Shown piece by piece: positions 48,041-57,553 of a stretch of 64,000 bases of DNA. The translations under genes were made by a program, and so were the position numbers. Under the pieces are notes generated by a model that saw only the letters and a program-made list of their open reading frames with translations, searched no databases and was not told where the DNA came from. The stretch covers positions 86,762 to 150,761 of the forward strand of contig JAZDIN010000025.1 of NCBI GenBank assembly GCA_043804895.1. The letters run 5' to 3'. Source of the stretch: Candidatus Altiarchaeota archaeon. GTDB taxonomy: Archaea; Altiarchaeota; Altiarchaeia; IMC4; SCGC-AAA252-I15. Each line of letters opens with the position of its first letter. Positions within the stretch are counted from its first letter, which is position 1.

Positions 48041-48434
48041 GCTGTATCGTCCCTCCTACATTCCTTATCCTGATGTTTTTACCGCTGAAGTCCGCAATGT
48101 CAGTGCTTATGTTCGCGGCGAGAGTCCTTGTCGAATAATAGCGCCGCTGCCCTACGTCGTAGGTCAGGAGTATGGAGCGCGGATATACCCTAAGCGTGTA
48201 CTCGCCGCCCTTCAGCGCCCCAGGCAGCCGGTGGGTGCGGGATGCGTTGTTGCCTGCAAGGTACACAGAATTCATCCTAACCGCGAAATCATCCAGAATC
48301 GTCCTAGCCTCTGAAGCACCCATAACATCAAAAGCCTGCTCCTGCTGACTGAAGGCCGCGTTCAAAAGGAGGACAAACATGACCAATGCCACACCCAGCG
48401 TAACCATGAAATCGAAGCTCATCTGGCCTTTCAT
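48024..48434 (-). CDS. Minor pilin-like protein
   Basis: MKG|QMSFDFMV; ATG 48434 overlaps the upstream stop. Confidence 0.8.
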   Translation of the reverse strand: MKGQMSFDFMVTLGVALVMFVLLLNAAFSQQEQAFDVMGASEARTILDDFAVRMNSVYLAGNNASRTHRLPGALKGGEYTLRVYPRSILLTYDVGQRRYYSTRTLAANISTDIADFSGKNIRIRNVGGTIQLENEE

Positions 48435-50182
48435 TGGCACGTCCAGCACCCCGGGTTGTTGCCACATTGTGAGGGTACGCATGTCCTTGGGAGGCGGCAC
48501 GTCTTGCATATTCCATTCTTCGGATTAGGGTTGCAGCAGAGTGTTTGGCTTGCGTAGTCGCCGCACCTGGTGCATGGAGTGAGCGTGGTTGTCGTGGTGC
48601 TCGTCGTCGTTGTGGTGGTCGTCGTCGGAACCATCCTATAGGCTAGGGTGTATGAACCATAGTTTGTTCCGACTCCAGAGACTTGCAGGTAATATGTTCC
48701 CGTCGAAGTGAACCTGTAGTTTATCTTCGACTGGAGGCCGCACGCGTTGTTGTTGGATGCCAGAAGAATCCTCTGGCTGTTTAAGAGGCACAGGTATGAG
48801 TCGTAGTTGCCGCTTCCGCCGTCGTCTGGGCACATTGAGAAGTTGTAGTATCCTACTGTGTTTATTATAACGTCATACCGTTTAGTGTCAGTGCCAGATG
48901 TCAGGGCATCAGATACCGTCTGCCAGCTTTGCGTCGGTGTCAGTGTACCCCTGTTGCTGGTTGCTGACCTGCCGTTGCAGATTGTGGTTAAAAGGGTTGT
49001 AGTCGTAGTCGTCGTTGTCGTTGTTGATGTAGACGTCGTCGTGCTAGTGCTGGTCGTCGTTGTAGTGGTTGTCGTAGTCGTTGTTGTAATCGACATCGTT
49101 GTGCTGGTGCTCGTCGTCGTAGTGCCGGTTGACGTGGTCGTTGTGGTCGTAGGTCCTGATGCAATTACGTTCACGCTCACCTGCGTTGTGTCGCTTGTTC
49201 CCTTTCCGTCGTCTGCGGTGAATGACCCGGAATACGCTCCTGGTGTGGTGCCTGACGGCACAGTCACGTTCGCCTTCCTGTTTGCACACTCTGTCGGGCT
49301 TAGGGACGATATTGTGGCGCCGTTCGGGTATGTTACCCATCCGCTGAATTCACCAGAGGCTGTGATTGTGATGTCATATAACACGCTTTCGCCGCTGTTG
49401 CAGACCATCAGGTCCTGCTCCCGCCAGCTGCCTGCCTCTATGGTCGGATTCCATTCGTCAGGATACATCGTCAGCGAACTTCTGGCCAGCACCAGTATCG
49501 CAACGTCAACCCAATGGGTCTCAGAATTGTTCACCAACAGTCTAGCGTAGTGATATCCTTTCGGTGTTGACTCTCCGGGGCTTGCTGTCACTGTAAAGTT
49601 CCTTGACTCGTACTCCCCTATCACCGCATCCTCCGGCACAACCCCGAGAATGTCAGAGCCAACGGCCGTGACATGGACGTTTTCAGACTCGTTGCCAAAG
49701 TTCGTCACAGTCAACGTTCTCTGGTCCTCTTCACCCGCGTAGACATTAAACGTCAGCTTCTCAGGCTCTACCCTAATATCCGACTCACCGAAGATCACGC
49801 ATCCGCCGCTGCTTCTGATTGTAATCCACTGTCCGCCTGCTTCCTCCGGTATGTACCCGGTCAGGCAGGCGCTTGAGACCTCGACGATATCCTGTATCCT
49901 ACCCCCCAAATCCATCCTGTACCTCAGGTGGCTGCCTGAGACCTCGGACGATTCTACCCTACCTGGCACTGTCACAAAAATCCTTGTGGAGGCACCCTCG
50001 CCCTGACTGTAAACATAGTCCGCCGCATCTACCATGCTCTTGAGCGCGCCCCTAGCCTTCACGTTATCCAAGCTCATCTGGGAACTCTGATACTCCTCCT
50101 GAGCCATGAAGAACGTTATGACGAAGACGACCAGCACCACTGAGAATATTACCAAAAATTCAAAGGAAGCCTGAGCCTTCAT
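48431..50182 (-). CDS. Large pilin-like adhesin: class III signal, Ig-like domains, Thr stalks, beta-sandwich and Cys-rich tip
   Basis: MKA|QASFEFLVIF; two LTV.N.G / V.VP..T.PG.Y.G Ig-like units; DSYL.L...N...C...S.I...TGTYYLQV.G...G.Y.L; 10-Cys tail. Confidence 0.82.
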   Translation of the reverse strand: MKAQASFEFLVIFSVVLVVFVITFFMAQEEYQSSQMSLDNVKARGALKSMVDAADYVYSQGEGASTRIFVTVPGRVESSEVSGSHLRYRMDLGGRIQDIVEVSSACLTGYIPEEAGGQWITIRSSGGCVIFGESDIRVEPEKLTFNVYAGEEDQRTLTVTNFGNESENVHVTAVGSDILGVVPEDAVIGEYESRNFTVTASPGESTPKGYHYARLLVNNSETHWVDVAILVLARSSLTMYPDEWNPTIEAGSWREQDLMVCNSGESVLYDITITASGEFSGWVTYPNGATISSLSPTECANRKANVTVPSGTTPGAYSGSFTADDGKGTSDTTQVSVNVIASGPTTTTTTSTGTTTTSTSTTMSITTTTTTTTTTTTSTSTTTSTSTTTTTTTTTTLLTTICNGRSATSNRGTLTPTQSWQTVSDALTSGTDTKRYDVIINTVGYYNFSMCPDDGGSGNYDSYLCLLNSQRILLASNNNACGLQSKINYRFTSTGTYYLQVSGVGTNYGSYTLAYRMVPTTTTTTTTSTTTTTLTPCTRCGDYASQTLCCNPNPKNGICKTCRLPRTCVPSQCGNNPGCWTCQ

Positions 50183-50217
50183 CGATTAATAATTAGCATG
50201 GCTAAATAATACCACCA

Positions 50218-51480
50218 ATGGAATTGGACGAGATTAGGGAAGCGGACAGGGAAATCAACTCATTCATAGCGTTCAATGAATCTCACCCAACAGCCAAAGG
50301 ATCGCTTGCCGACTTAACAGTTGCAGTCAAATCCAACATCTGCGTCGAAGGCCTACTGACGAGTGCTGCATCCAAGACGCTCGAGAACTACTCAGCACCG
50401 TACGATGCGACAGTCATCGAACGCCTGAAGGCTGCGGGCATCACAATCGCCGGAATGGCGAACATGGACGAGTTTGCGTGCGGCGCATCGGGGGAGACGT
50501 CATACTATGGGCCGACGCAAAACCCTGCCGCGATGGGGCGGATACCTGGCGGGTCATCCAGCGGCTCGGCAGCCGCCGTCGCCGCCGGCTTCGTTGACTG
50601 CGCCCTAGGCTCAGACACCGGCGGCAGCATACGAAACCCTGCCTCGCACTCTGGCGTCGTCGGATACAAACCCACATACGGCCTCGTCTCAAGATACGGC
50701 CTAATAGACCTGGCGATGAGCCTCGACCAGATAGGCCCCTTGGGGAGGGATGTGAGGACGTGCGCTAGGGTCTTGGATGTAATCGCAGGCTATGACAGCC
50801 GCGACGCGACTTCGTTGAACGTCCAAGTCGGAGGATTCACTGAGAAACTTAACCCGAAAATCAAGGGTATGCGGCTTGGGTACGCGAAGGAATTCGACAG
50901 TCTCGTAGCTGATAAAGGAATACTCACGGTTGTTAGGTCGGCAATCGACAGGCTGTCCTCAGCCGGTGCCGAGATAGTCGATGTTACTCTCCCCAACCTG
51001 GAGCTTTCAATACCCACATACTACCTAAACGTATACGTTGAATTCTACAGCGCCACGCGCAGATACGACGGCAGAAGATACGGACACAGGATAGAAGAGG
51101 CATGCGGCGAGGAAGTCCTCAGGAGGATACTCCTCGGCAAATACATCAGCCAGAAGGAATACTCCGGAAGATACTATCGCAAGGCCCTTCAGGCCCGCTC
51201 CCTCATAAGAGGCGACATGCAATCGGCCTTGAAGGATGTTGACGTCCTCGTCGGCCCCGTAGTGCCTAAGCTGCCTCACAAGGTCGGGACCAAAATAGAC
51301 GACCCCCTTGTCATGTACGCATACGACATGTTCACCATACCAGCAAACCTAGCAGGTCTTCCAGCCGGAAGCGTCCCAGCAGGCAAAATCGACGGGATGC
51401 CCACAGGCCTCCACGTCGTCGGGAAACCCCTCGAAGACCAGAAAGTCCTGAACGTCATGCACGCCCTCGAGAAGAACTGA
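50218..51480 (+). CDS. gatA: Asp-tRNA(Asn)/Glu-tRNA(Gln) amidotransferase subunit A
   Basis: AVKSN, NMDEFA, PGGSSSGSAAA, GSDTGGSIR.P, RYDG.RYG, EV.RRILLG and YY.KA. Confidence 0.92.
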   Translation: MELDEIREADREINSFIAFNESHPTAKGSLADLTVAVKSNICVEGLLTSAASKTLENYSAPYDATVIERLKAAGITIAGMANMDEFACGASGETSYYGPTQNPAAMGRIPGGSSSGSAAAVAAGFVDCALGSDTGGSIRNPASHSGVVGYKPTYGLVSRYGLIDLAMSLDQIGPLGRDVRTCARVLDVIAGYDSRDATSLNVQVGGFTEKLNPKIKGMRLGYAKEFDSLVADKGILTVVRSAIDRLSSAGAEIVDVTLPNLELSIPTYYLNVYVEFYSATRRYDGRRYGHRIEEACGEEVLRRILLGKYISQKEYSGRYYRKALQARSLIRGDMQSALKDVDVLVGPVVPKLPHKVGTKIDDPLVMYAYDMFTIPANLAGLPAGSVPAGKIDGMPTGLHVVGKPLEDQKVLNVMHALEKN

Positions 51481-51521
51481 CAGTTCCACTATCTCTTATA
51501 CCTCGCACATTAATATCTACC

Positions 51522-52373
51522 ATGGTGTTGGAGAGTTTCGTCGTCCCTGAAAGTTGGGAGCAGCATCCAAAGAGGATGCTAATCATCGGCTTCGTCTACT
51601 CTACTGTCGGAATCTTCCTAGGTATGTGGGTTTTCGGCAAGTATGCGAGCCTCGCTGGCATATTCCTCACGACGATACCCCTCGTCGTCGTCATGTACCG
51701 TGCCATAAATTGTGAGGAGGAGAAGGACTTGAAGATATGCAAGGAGTACCTGCTGATGAAGGAGCACATGCACATACTATGGTTCTTCCTCTACCTCTTC
51801 ATCGGAATAGTCCTCTCATACTGTTTCTGGTTCACATTCCTCCCACCCCTCTTCATCAGCAGCCTCTTCAACTCCCAGGTGGAGACGATAAACTCCATAG
51901 GGGACAAAGTCACCGTAGGCCTGGCAATCTCACCGCAGGAGAAGCTGACGGTCATAATAGCGAACAACATACGCGTCTGGGCCTTCTGCATACTATTCTC
52001 CTTAATCTACGGTGCTGGCGCAATATTCATCCTCACATGGAACGCATCAGTCCTCGGTGTGGCGATGGGCGACGTCATCAGAAGGGGCTTACAAGACCTC
52101 GGCCAATACGGCCACAGCAGCTTGGTGGTCAAGTATTTCGCTGTCCTGCCGTTTGGTCTGATGTACCTAGTCCATGGACTGCCTGAGATGGCAAGTTACT
52201 TCCTTGGCGCCCTTGCCGGTGGCATAATATCAGTGGCTGCGGTATGCCACCATTACAAGTCCCCGGAGTTTTGGAGGATACTCAGGGACTCCCTAGACCT
52301 CACGATACTCTCGTTCATAATACTTGTCCTGGCTGCGTGCGTCGAGGTTTATATTACCCCCCTACTATTATAG
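51522..52373 (+). CDS. SpoIIM-like (DUF95) membrane protein
   Basis: I..NN..V...C.LFS..YG.GAIFIL.WNAS..G, HG..E..YF...AGG..S and A..EV.I. Confidence 0.8.
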   Translation: MVLESFVVPESWEQHPKRMLIIGFVYSTVGIFLGMWVFGKYASLAGIFLTTIPLVVVMYRAINCEEEKDLKICKEYLLMKEHMHILWFFLYLFIGIVLSYCFWFTFLPPLFISSLFNSQVETINSIGDKVTVGLAISPQEKLTVIIANNIRVWAFCILFSLIYGAGAIFILTWNASVLGVAMGDVIRRGLQDLGQYGHSSLVVKYFAVLPFGLMYLVHGLPEMASYFLGALAGGIISVAAVCHHYKSPEFWRILRDSLDLTILSFIILVLAACVEVYITPLLL

Positions 52374-52391
52374 GAATATTTGGGTGCTGTA

Positions 52392-53327
52392 ATGGACTCC
52401 TCAACTACCCTACGCTTCTGTATTCTAATGATACTCGCATCAACTCTCATATACTCTGTTTCAGCACAAACGTCAGAAGTCACGGTCCGTATCATCAACA
52501 GCCAGCCTAAGGTTCTAGGGTTATACGCCAATCCCATTGTGAAGCCGAGTCAGACCGAGATAATATGGTGTGCCTCGACGCTGGAGGACCTCAACAGCTT
52601 CAAGGATTTAACGTCACAGAAGGCTTTCATAGTTGCCTCATCAGGCGTAAAAAAATATCCTGACCTCTCCTATTCAGAGCAGACTGCCATAAGCAGGGGC
52701 TTTTTCCTCACAGGTTTCGTACTGGACTCAACCGCCCCCGAGGGTGTGTGGTCGTGTGAGGTTGAATGTTCAGACACCGCAGGCGACAGGGCATCAAACC
52801 AGACGCCCTTCACAGTATTTCAAGCATCCTGCGGCAATGGCGTGCAGGACGCCGGCGAGGAGAAGACAGACTGCGGGGGAGGGTGCATGCCATGCGCGTG
52901 CAAGAACGGCGTCAAAGACGATGAGGAAGCCGGAGTAGACTGCGGCGGGCAATGCAAGTACTGCACAGACAAGGGAGACTTGAAGTTGACAGTTCCCTCC
53001 GCAGTAAATGTTGGTGAAACAATTCCAGTAGACGTTAAGGCAGGGAAGAACGGCATCGTATCCCTGGTTAGGGTGACAAAACCAAGCGGCAAATACCTGA
53101 TATTCAGGACTGACGACTCCACACACCTGGCCATCCCCTCCGACGAGGCTGGCACATGGTTAGTTCAGGCCGACTTATACGGCTACGTTCCGGCTGAAGC
53201 GAAGGTGAACGTCAGGACTCCGACAACAACCTACGTGGTAGGTGCAGTAGTAGTGATTGTCCTACTTGCGATAATCTACCTCCTCTACAAGAGGTTCAGA
53301 AAGAAGCAACTGCCTAATTCTCCTTAA
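52392..53327 (+). CDS. Secreted, C-terminally anchored protein with two C.NG..D..E...DCGG.C repeats
   Basis: Signal peptide, two Cys repeats, and a C-terminal TM followed by KRFRKK. Confidence 0.75.
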   Translation: MDSSTTLRFCILMILASTLIYSVSAQTSEVTVRIINSQPKVLGLYANPIVKPSQTEIIWCASTLEDLNSFKDLTSQKAFIVASSGVKKYPDLSYSEQTAISRGFFLTGFVLDSTAPEGVWSCEVECSDTAGDRASNQTPFTVFQASCGNGVQDAGEEKTDCGGGCMPCACKNGVKDDEEAGVDCGGQCKYCTDKGDLKLTVPSAVNVGETIPVDVKAGKNGIVSLVRVTKPSGKYLIFRTDDSTHLAIPSDEAGTWLVQADLYGYVPAEAKVNVRTPTTTYVVGAVVVIVLLAIIYLLYKRFRKKQLPNSP

Positions 53328-54783
53328 GCCAGTCGATGTCGCTCAGGTAGAGTTCCCTTATGTCAGATAGTCCGAGGCTTAGCGCGACGACCCTGTCGAG
53401 GCCGAGGCCCCATGCGAGCACTGGGCAGTCGAATCCCAACAGCGGTTTCACGACTTCGGGCCTGAATATCCCGGAGCCTCCGAGTTCGATCCACTGTTTC
53501 CTGTCCTCAAGGTAGACTTCCGGTTCGGCACTCATCTCAGTGTACGGGAAGTAGCCTGGCCTGAACCTGACCTTGCTAAAGCCCATCTCATCGTAGAACT
53601 GCTTGAGTATCCCAAGCAGGTTCGTGAAGTTGACTGATGGGTCGACCACAATCCCCTCAACCTGGTAGAACTCAGGGAGGTGCTTGTAGTCGACGGCTTC
53701 GTTCCTGAACACCTTCCCTATGCTGAATACCTTCACAGGCAAATCCTCTTTTTTTATTTTAGAAAGATGCCTTGCAGTGACCGCCGTAGTGTGCGTCCTC
53801 AACAGGGTCTTTTTCGAAACTTCCTCATCCCATCTACCGCCCCACCCGCTCGAGCCGCAAGTCCAACCCTCCTCATGGGTCTTTCGCACTTTCTCCCTAA
53901 ACCGTTCGAAGCCCTCAATCTCAACAGCCTTCGGATTCTTCAGATAGAATGTGTCGTGCATGTCCCTTGCCGGGTGGTCTTGCGGCTGGAATAGGGCGTC
54001 GAAATTCCAGAACGCGCTCTCAACCAGCGGCCCCTTCACCTCCTCAAATCCCATGCCGATGAAAATCCTCCTGATCTTGTTAATCTGCCTCCTGATGGGA
54101 TGCTTCTTCACAGGCGCCTGAGGCTTAACGTAAACGCCCGTATCATAAGGCCTGAACCCCCTACCCTTCCAGCTTCCGTTCACAAGCATCTCAGGCGTCA
54201 GCTGGGAAATCCTATCATCCTCCTTAACCGTACCAGCCAGCTTAAGGCCCTCAGCAGTCGGCTTTAATATGATTCTCTTAACCTCCTTCGTGGCGACCAC
54301 GTTCTTCCTCGACTTCAGGAGGGCAAGGCCGTCTGCCAACTTTTTGTCGAGTCCTGCGGTATTCACAGGCCCCTTTGAGAGCATCTCCAACAAAGTCTCG
54401 TCAGCAGTCTTACCTGAGTCAACGACCTTCACAACCCCGTCTTTGACTTCAATCTGCCTCTTCTTCCTCAGCCAGCCGAATCCGATGCTGAAGACGTCAG
54501 GGCTGGTTTTAGCCTTCAACCCATCAATACTGACACCATCACCCACGAGGCCGAGTAGCTGTCTCTCAGGAAGTCCCTTCTCAGCATAGACTCTACCCTC
54601 ATCCCCTAATGTGACATCCTCGCTCACAGAATCGGAGACGTCCACAAGCTTCCTAGTCCTAAGCCAGGATACTGCACGGAGCACAGCATCAGACTGTAGG
54701 CCGGTGGATTCCGCAAGCTCGGCAGGAGTCGACTCACCCTGCAGCGCCTTCAACACCTTAACCTCATGCGGATGCAAATCCAT
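53314..54783 (-). CDS. pheS: Phenylalanine--tRNA ligase alpha subunit
   Basis: FWNFDALFQPQDHPARD..DTF, LRTHTT, FRNE, FPYTE.S.E and AWGLG.DR. Confidence 0.97.
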   Translation of the reverse strand: MDLHPHEVKVLKALQGESTPAELAESTGLQSDAVLRAVSWLRTRKLVDVSDSVSEDVTLGDEGRVYAEKGLPERQLLGLVGDGVSIDGLKAKTSPDVFSIGFGWLRKKRQIEVKDGVVKVVDSGKTADETLLEMLSKGPVNTAGLDKKLADGLALLKSRKNVVATKEVKRIILKPTAEGLKLAGTVKEDDRISQLTPEMLVNGSWKGRGFRPYDTGVYVKPQAPVKKHPIRRQINKIRRIFIGMGFEEVKGPLVESAFWNFDALFQPQDHPARDMHDTFYLKNPKAVEIEGFERFREKVRKTHEEGWTCGSSGWGGRWDEEVSKKTLLRTHTTAVTARHLSKIKKEDLPVKVFSIGKVFRNEAVDYKHLPEFYQVEGIVVDPSVNFTNLLGILKQFYDEMGFSKVRFRPGYFPYTEMSAEPEVYLEDRKQWIELGGSGIFRPEVVKPLLGFDCPVLAWGLGLDRVVALSLGLSDIRELYLSDIDWLKEN

Positions 54784-54845
54784 CGTAAAAGATAGGTAGC
54801 TGGATTTAATATAACATAGGGCGGCGGCACCCTGTGATATACCGG

Positions 54846-55775
54846 CTAATCCTCTGTCATCCGTGCGAGCATTCTCGCCACGGTTTTGCTGAAGTCTTTA
54901 GTGTATTGGTGGAAGTCATCTCCTAGTGGTTTTAGGACTAGGCGTTCCTCCTCTCCCACTTTGAAGGTTGGCGGGGCAGCCGCATTCTTCAGGAGGTTTT
55001 CCCTGTATTTTTCGTATTTGAGGATGAACTTGGTTTTGTCGAATATTTCGTCCTCTAAGTCTTCTGGTCTGTTGCCGGTTTCTTTTTGTATGAGGTAAAT
55101 GTCTATGAAGTCCCTCGCTTTCGTGCCTTTCCTGGTTAGTATGGCCCTGACTTTTTCGGCTAGTATTTCCCGTATGTCATACGCTTTGACTTTGGGCTGG
55201 TCTAGGAGTTCTCGGGCGGCTTCAGGGTAAAGGTATTTGAATTCCCTGAGGTCTATGGCGTCGAGGTTGTTTTTCGCCTCCAATGTTTTGAACGGGTACT
55301 TGAATTTTTCGACGTAGTTGACTTGTATTTTGATGAATTTTCTTGCTCTCAGTTCGACGGAATCGTACCATACTTTGAAGGTAGTGAATCTGTTGCTGCC
55401 GCCGAATTCCATGTATTGGCGGTCTTTCTTGTCGGCCTTGAACTCCAATCCCACTTTGGCTGATATAGCCTCAAGTTTCTCGGCTAGGTCGTCTATGTTT
55501 TGTGAGAGTTGTTTTCTGATTTGTTTTTCTGATTTTCCTTCAAACAAATCTTGTTTAGCCCATGTGAAGTCTAGGTCTTCGCTGAAGCGGTAGTAGCCGA
55601 GGTAACATTTTATCAGGCAGGTGCCCCCCTTAAACGCGTAACTGGTTTTGAAGTGTTCATCAGCCGTAAGCTCCTTCAAGAGCAGGTGCAGGAGTATGTC
55701 CTTCTCCAGAAGCTCCGCTTGTTTGACGCCTGTCTTTTTAGCAGCGTAAGCCAAAAGCTCCCCCGTTATCCTCAA
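54846..55775 (-). CDS. AbiEii-family nucleotidyltransferase toxin (type IV TA)
   Basis: LEKD, FKGGTCL.K.Y..YYRFSEDLDF and EI.AEK.RA...R...RDF.D. Confidence 0.9.
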   Translation of the reverse strand: MRITGELLAYAAKKTGVKQAELLEKDILLHLLLKELTADEHFKTSYAFKGGTCLIKCYLGYYRFSEDLDFTWAKQDLFEGKSEKQIRKQLSQNIDDLAEKLEAISAKVGLEFKADKKDRQYMEFGGSNRFTTFKVWYDSVELRARKFIKIQVNYVEKFKYPFKTLEAKNNLDAIDLREFKYLYPEAARELLDQPKVKAYDIREILAEKVRAILTRKGTKARDFIDIYLIQKETGNRPEDLEDEIFDKTKFILKYEKYRENLLKNAAAPPTFKVGEEERLVLKPLGDDFHQYTKDFSKTVARMLARMTED

Positions 55776-56401
55776 CTCAACGCCTCCACGGTTTTCATGA
55801 CCGTCTTGGGGTATTTTTCGGCGTAGGAGATTAATCTGTCTTTGGAGCAGTGTTCCAGCAGGTCCGCCGCCGCATCCTTTATCTCCGGTTCTTTCAAGCC
55901 GTTGTACCTACCCAAGTATACTGTGTCAAGGAGGGTTTTTTCCGGGTCTGAGTAGGGGACACTCTTTCCGATTACTCCGAACCCGAATAGTTTTGTGGAA
56001 ACTTTGATGAACCGCACCTTGTGCCCGAGTATGTCAAATAGCCTTGGCCGGGATATCGAGTCCGAAACCACCGTAACAGTCGTGTAGTATTCATGGGTTA
56101 TGTTGTTCAACTTCACAGCCGTTTCAAGACCGAAATACCAGTTTCTAACGCCCTTCAGTTTTAACGCATCCCTTATGGCTTCCATGTGGTTTACGCTCAG
56201 TTTCCCTGTCTTCCTCTCCTCTATTGTTCTGGCGTAGAATATCCCCCTAAGTACGCGCAGCAGGTACCTGTGGTGGGTGAGGTATTTCACGGCTGGAAGA
56301 TACTCTAACCCCAGCTCATTGCAGTAGCCTTTCAGCTCCTCCCGTGTAACGTATCCTCCGCCGGATTCCTCAACTTTACGGGCCAACCAAGAGTATGACA
56401 T
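55772..56401 (-). CDS. AbiEi-like antitoxin / transcriptional regulator
   Basis: N-terminal wHTH (YL.R..RGIFY), Y.G..TA and SDPEKT.LD; 4-bp overlap with the toxin gene. Confidence 0.82.
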   Translation of the reverse strand: MSYSWLARKVEESGGGYVTREELKGYCNELGLEYLPAVKYLTHHRYLLRVLRGIFYARTIEERKTGKLSVNHMEAIRDALKLKGVRNWYFGLETAVKLNNITHEYYTTVTVVSDSISRPRLFDILGHKVRFIKVSTKLFGFGVIGKSVPYSDPEKTLLDTVYLGRYNGLKEPEIKDAAADLLEHCSKDRLISYAEKYPKTVMKTVEALS

Positions 56402-56638
56402 CTTATATCACAAGGTTATGAAAATTATAACTATATAACATAAGATATAAGGATATAAATGCTTAACCCAGCCCCCAATACACCCCTCCAAGGCCAATTT
56501 CACGGCCGCCCAGCCTTAGGATTAAGGGCTGAGGCCAGGTTTGGGGCTGATGCTCGGGAAAAAAAACAGGCCAGAGACTAAAAAAGAAGAAGAAAGCCTC
56601 CCCAGCAGCCGGCCGGGGAGTTTAAATGTGGCATCACT

Positions 56639-57454
56639 TTATGAGCTTGGGGCTGGTGGTAGGGTCGTGTGCATAAAATCCTCTGTGCAGCATACCTCAC
56701 ATTTCCCAATTGTAAACTCTGCTGAACCAAAAAACCCAACATTTACCGTATATTTTTGTTCACATCCATTAATACTCTGCATATTACGTACCCATCTTCC
56801 ATCAAAAGGATTCAAACCATATGGTCTCCATGCCCAATTGCTGATTACTAAGCAGGTTCTCATTTTGGTAGGGCATTTTTTGCATGCGCCGTCACCACAC
56901 TTTCCCACAATCCTATCATTTATCAACCAGATACCCTCTTTAGTCTCTACATCATCCCACGGGTCATCTTCGCGTTCCTCATAATTTGGCCCTTCAGGAT
57001 CGAACTTAGGAAATTCAATTTCTACAGAATTTCCGTCGTAGAACCCTATTTTAACTCCTTTATCCATTTCCTCTGCCCTTACTGTTACTGGTCCAGGCTC
57101 CTCCAGGGTGTTGGATGATGTGATTGTTGTTTCGCCGTTGAAGTCTATTATCAAGTCAACTATTCCCGTGTCTGGTCTGACTGATGCGACTACTTCCATT
57201 CCTGGCCCGGAGACTATCGTCTTACTCCCTCCGAGTGGGATAACATTTGGCGGTACTGTTACGTCTTCAGGGCTTTCTGGTGTGGCAGTACCTGGTCCTC
57301 CTCCTGTTGGTGTGATTCCTGTTCCTGTTAGTTTTCCTGCTGGTTGGCTTATCTGCCCACCCAAGTAGATGCCGGCGATTAGTGTGATTGCGACGACGGC
57401 GAATATCAGCCACAGGTTTCCGATAGCATTCTTGTCCAATGATTCCATGAGCAT
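56639..57454 (-). CDS. Hypothetical membrane-anchored protein with a Cys-containing C-terminal domain
   Basis: N-terminal TM, Pro/Gly/Thr linker and 8 Cys in the C-terminal third. Confidence 0.65.
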   Translation of the reverse strand: MLMESLDKNAIGNLWLIFAVVAITLIAGIYLGGQISQPAGKLTGTGITPTGGGPGTATPESPEDVTVPPNVIPLGGSKTIVSGPGMEVVASVRPDTGIVDLIIDFNGETTITSSNTLEEPGPVTVRAEEMDKGVKIGFYDGNSVEIEFPKFDPEGPNYEEREDDPWDDVETKEGIWLINDRIVGKCGDGACKKCPTKMRTCLVISNWAWRPYGLNPFDGRWVRNMQSINGCEQKYTVNVGFFGSAEFTIGKCEVCCTEDFMHTTLPPAPSS

Positions 57455-57553
57455 ACCTCCAGGTTAGGCTTCTTTAGGCCTTAGACGTGTTATCCTCTTG
57501 GCATCATAAGCATATAAGTTGTACACTATTCAAAGTATAGTTGCTGAGGCAAT

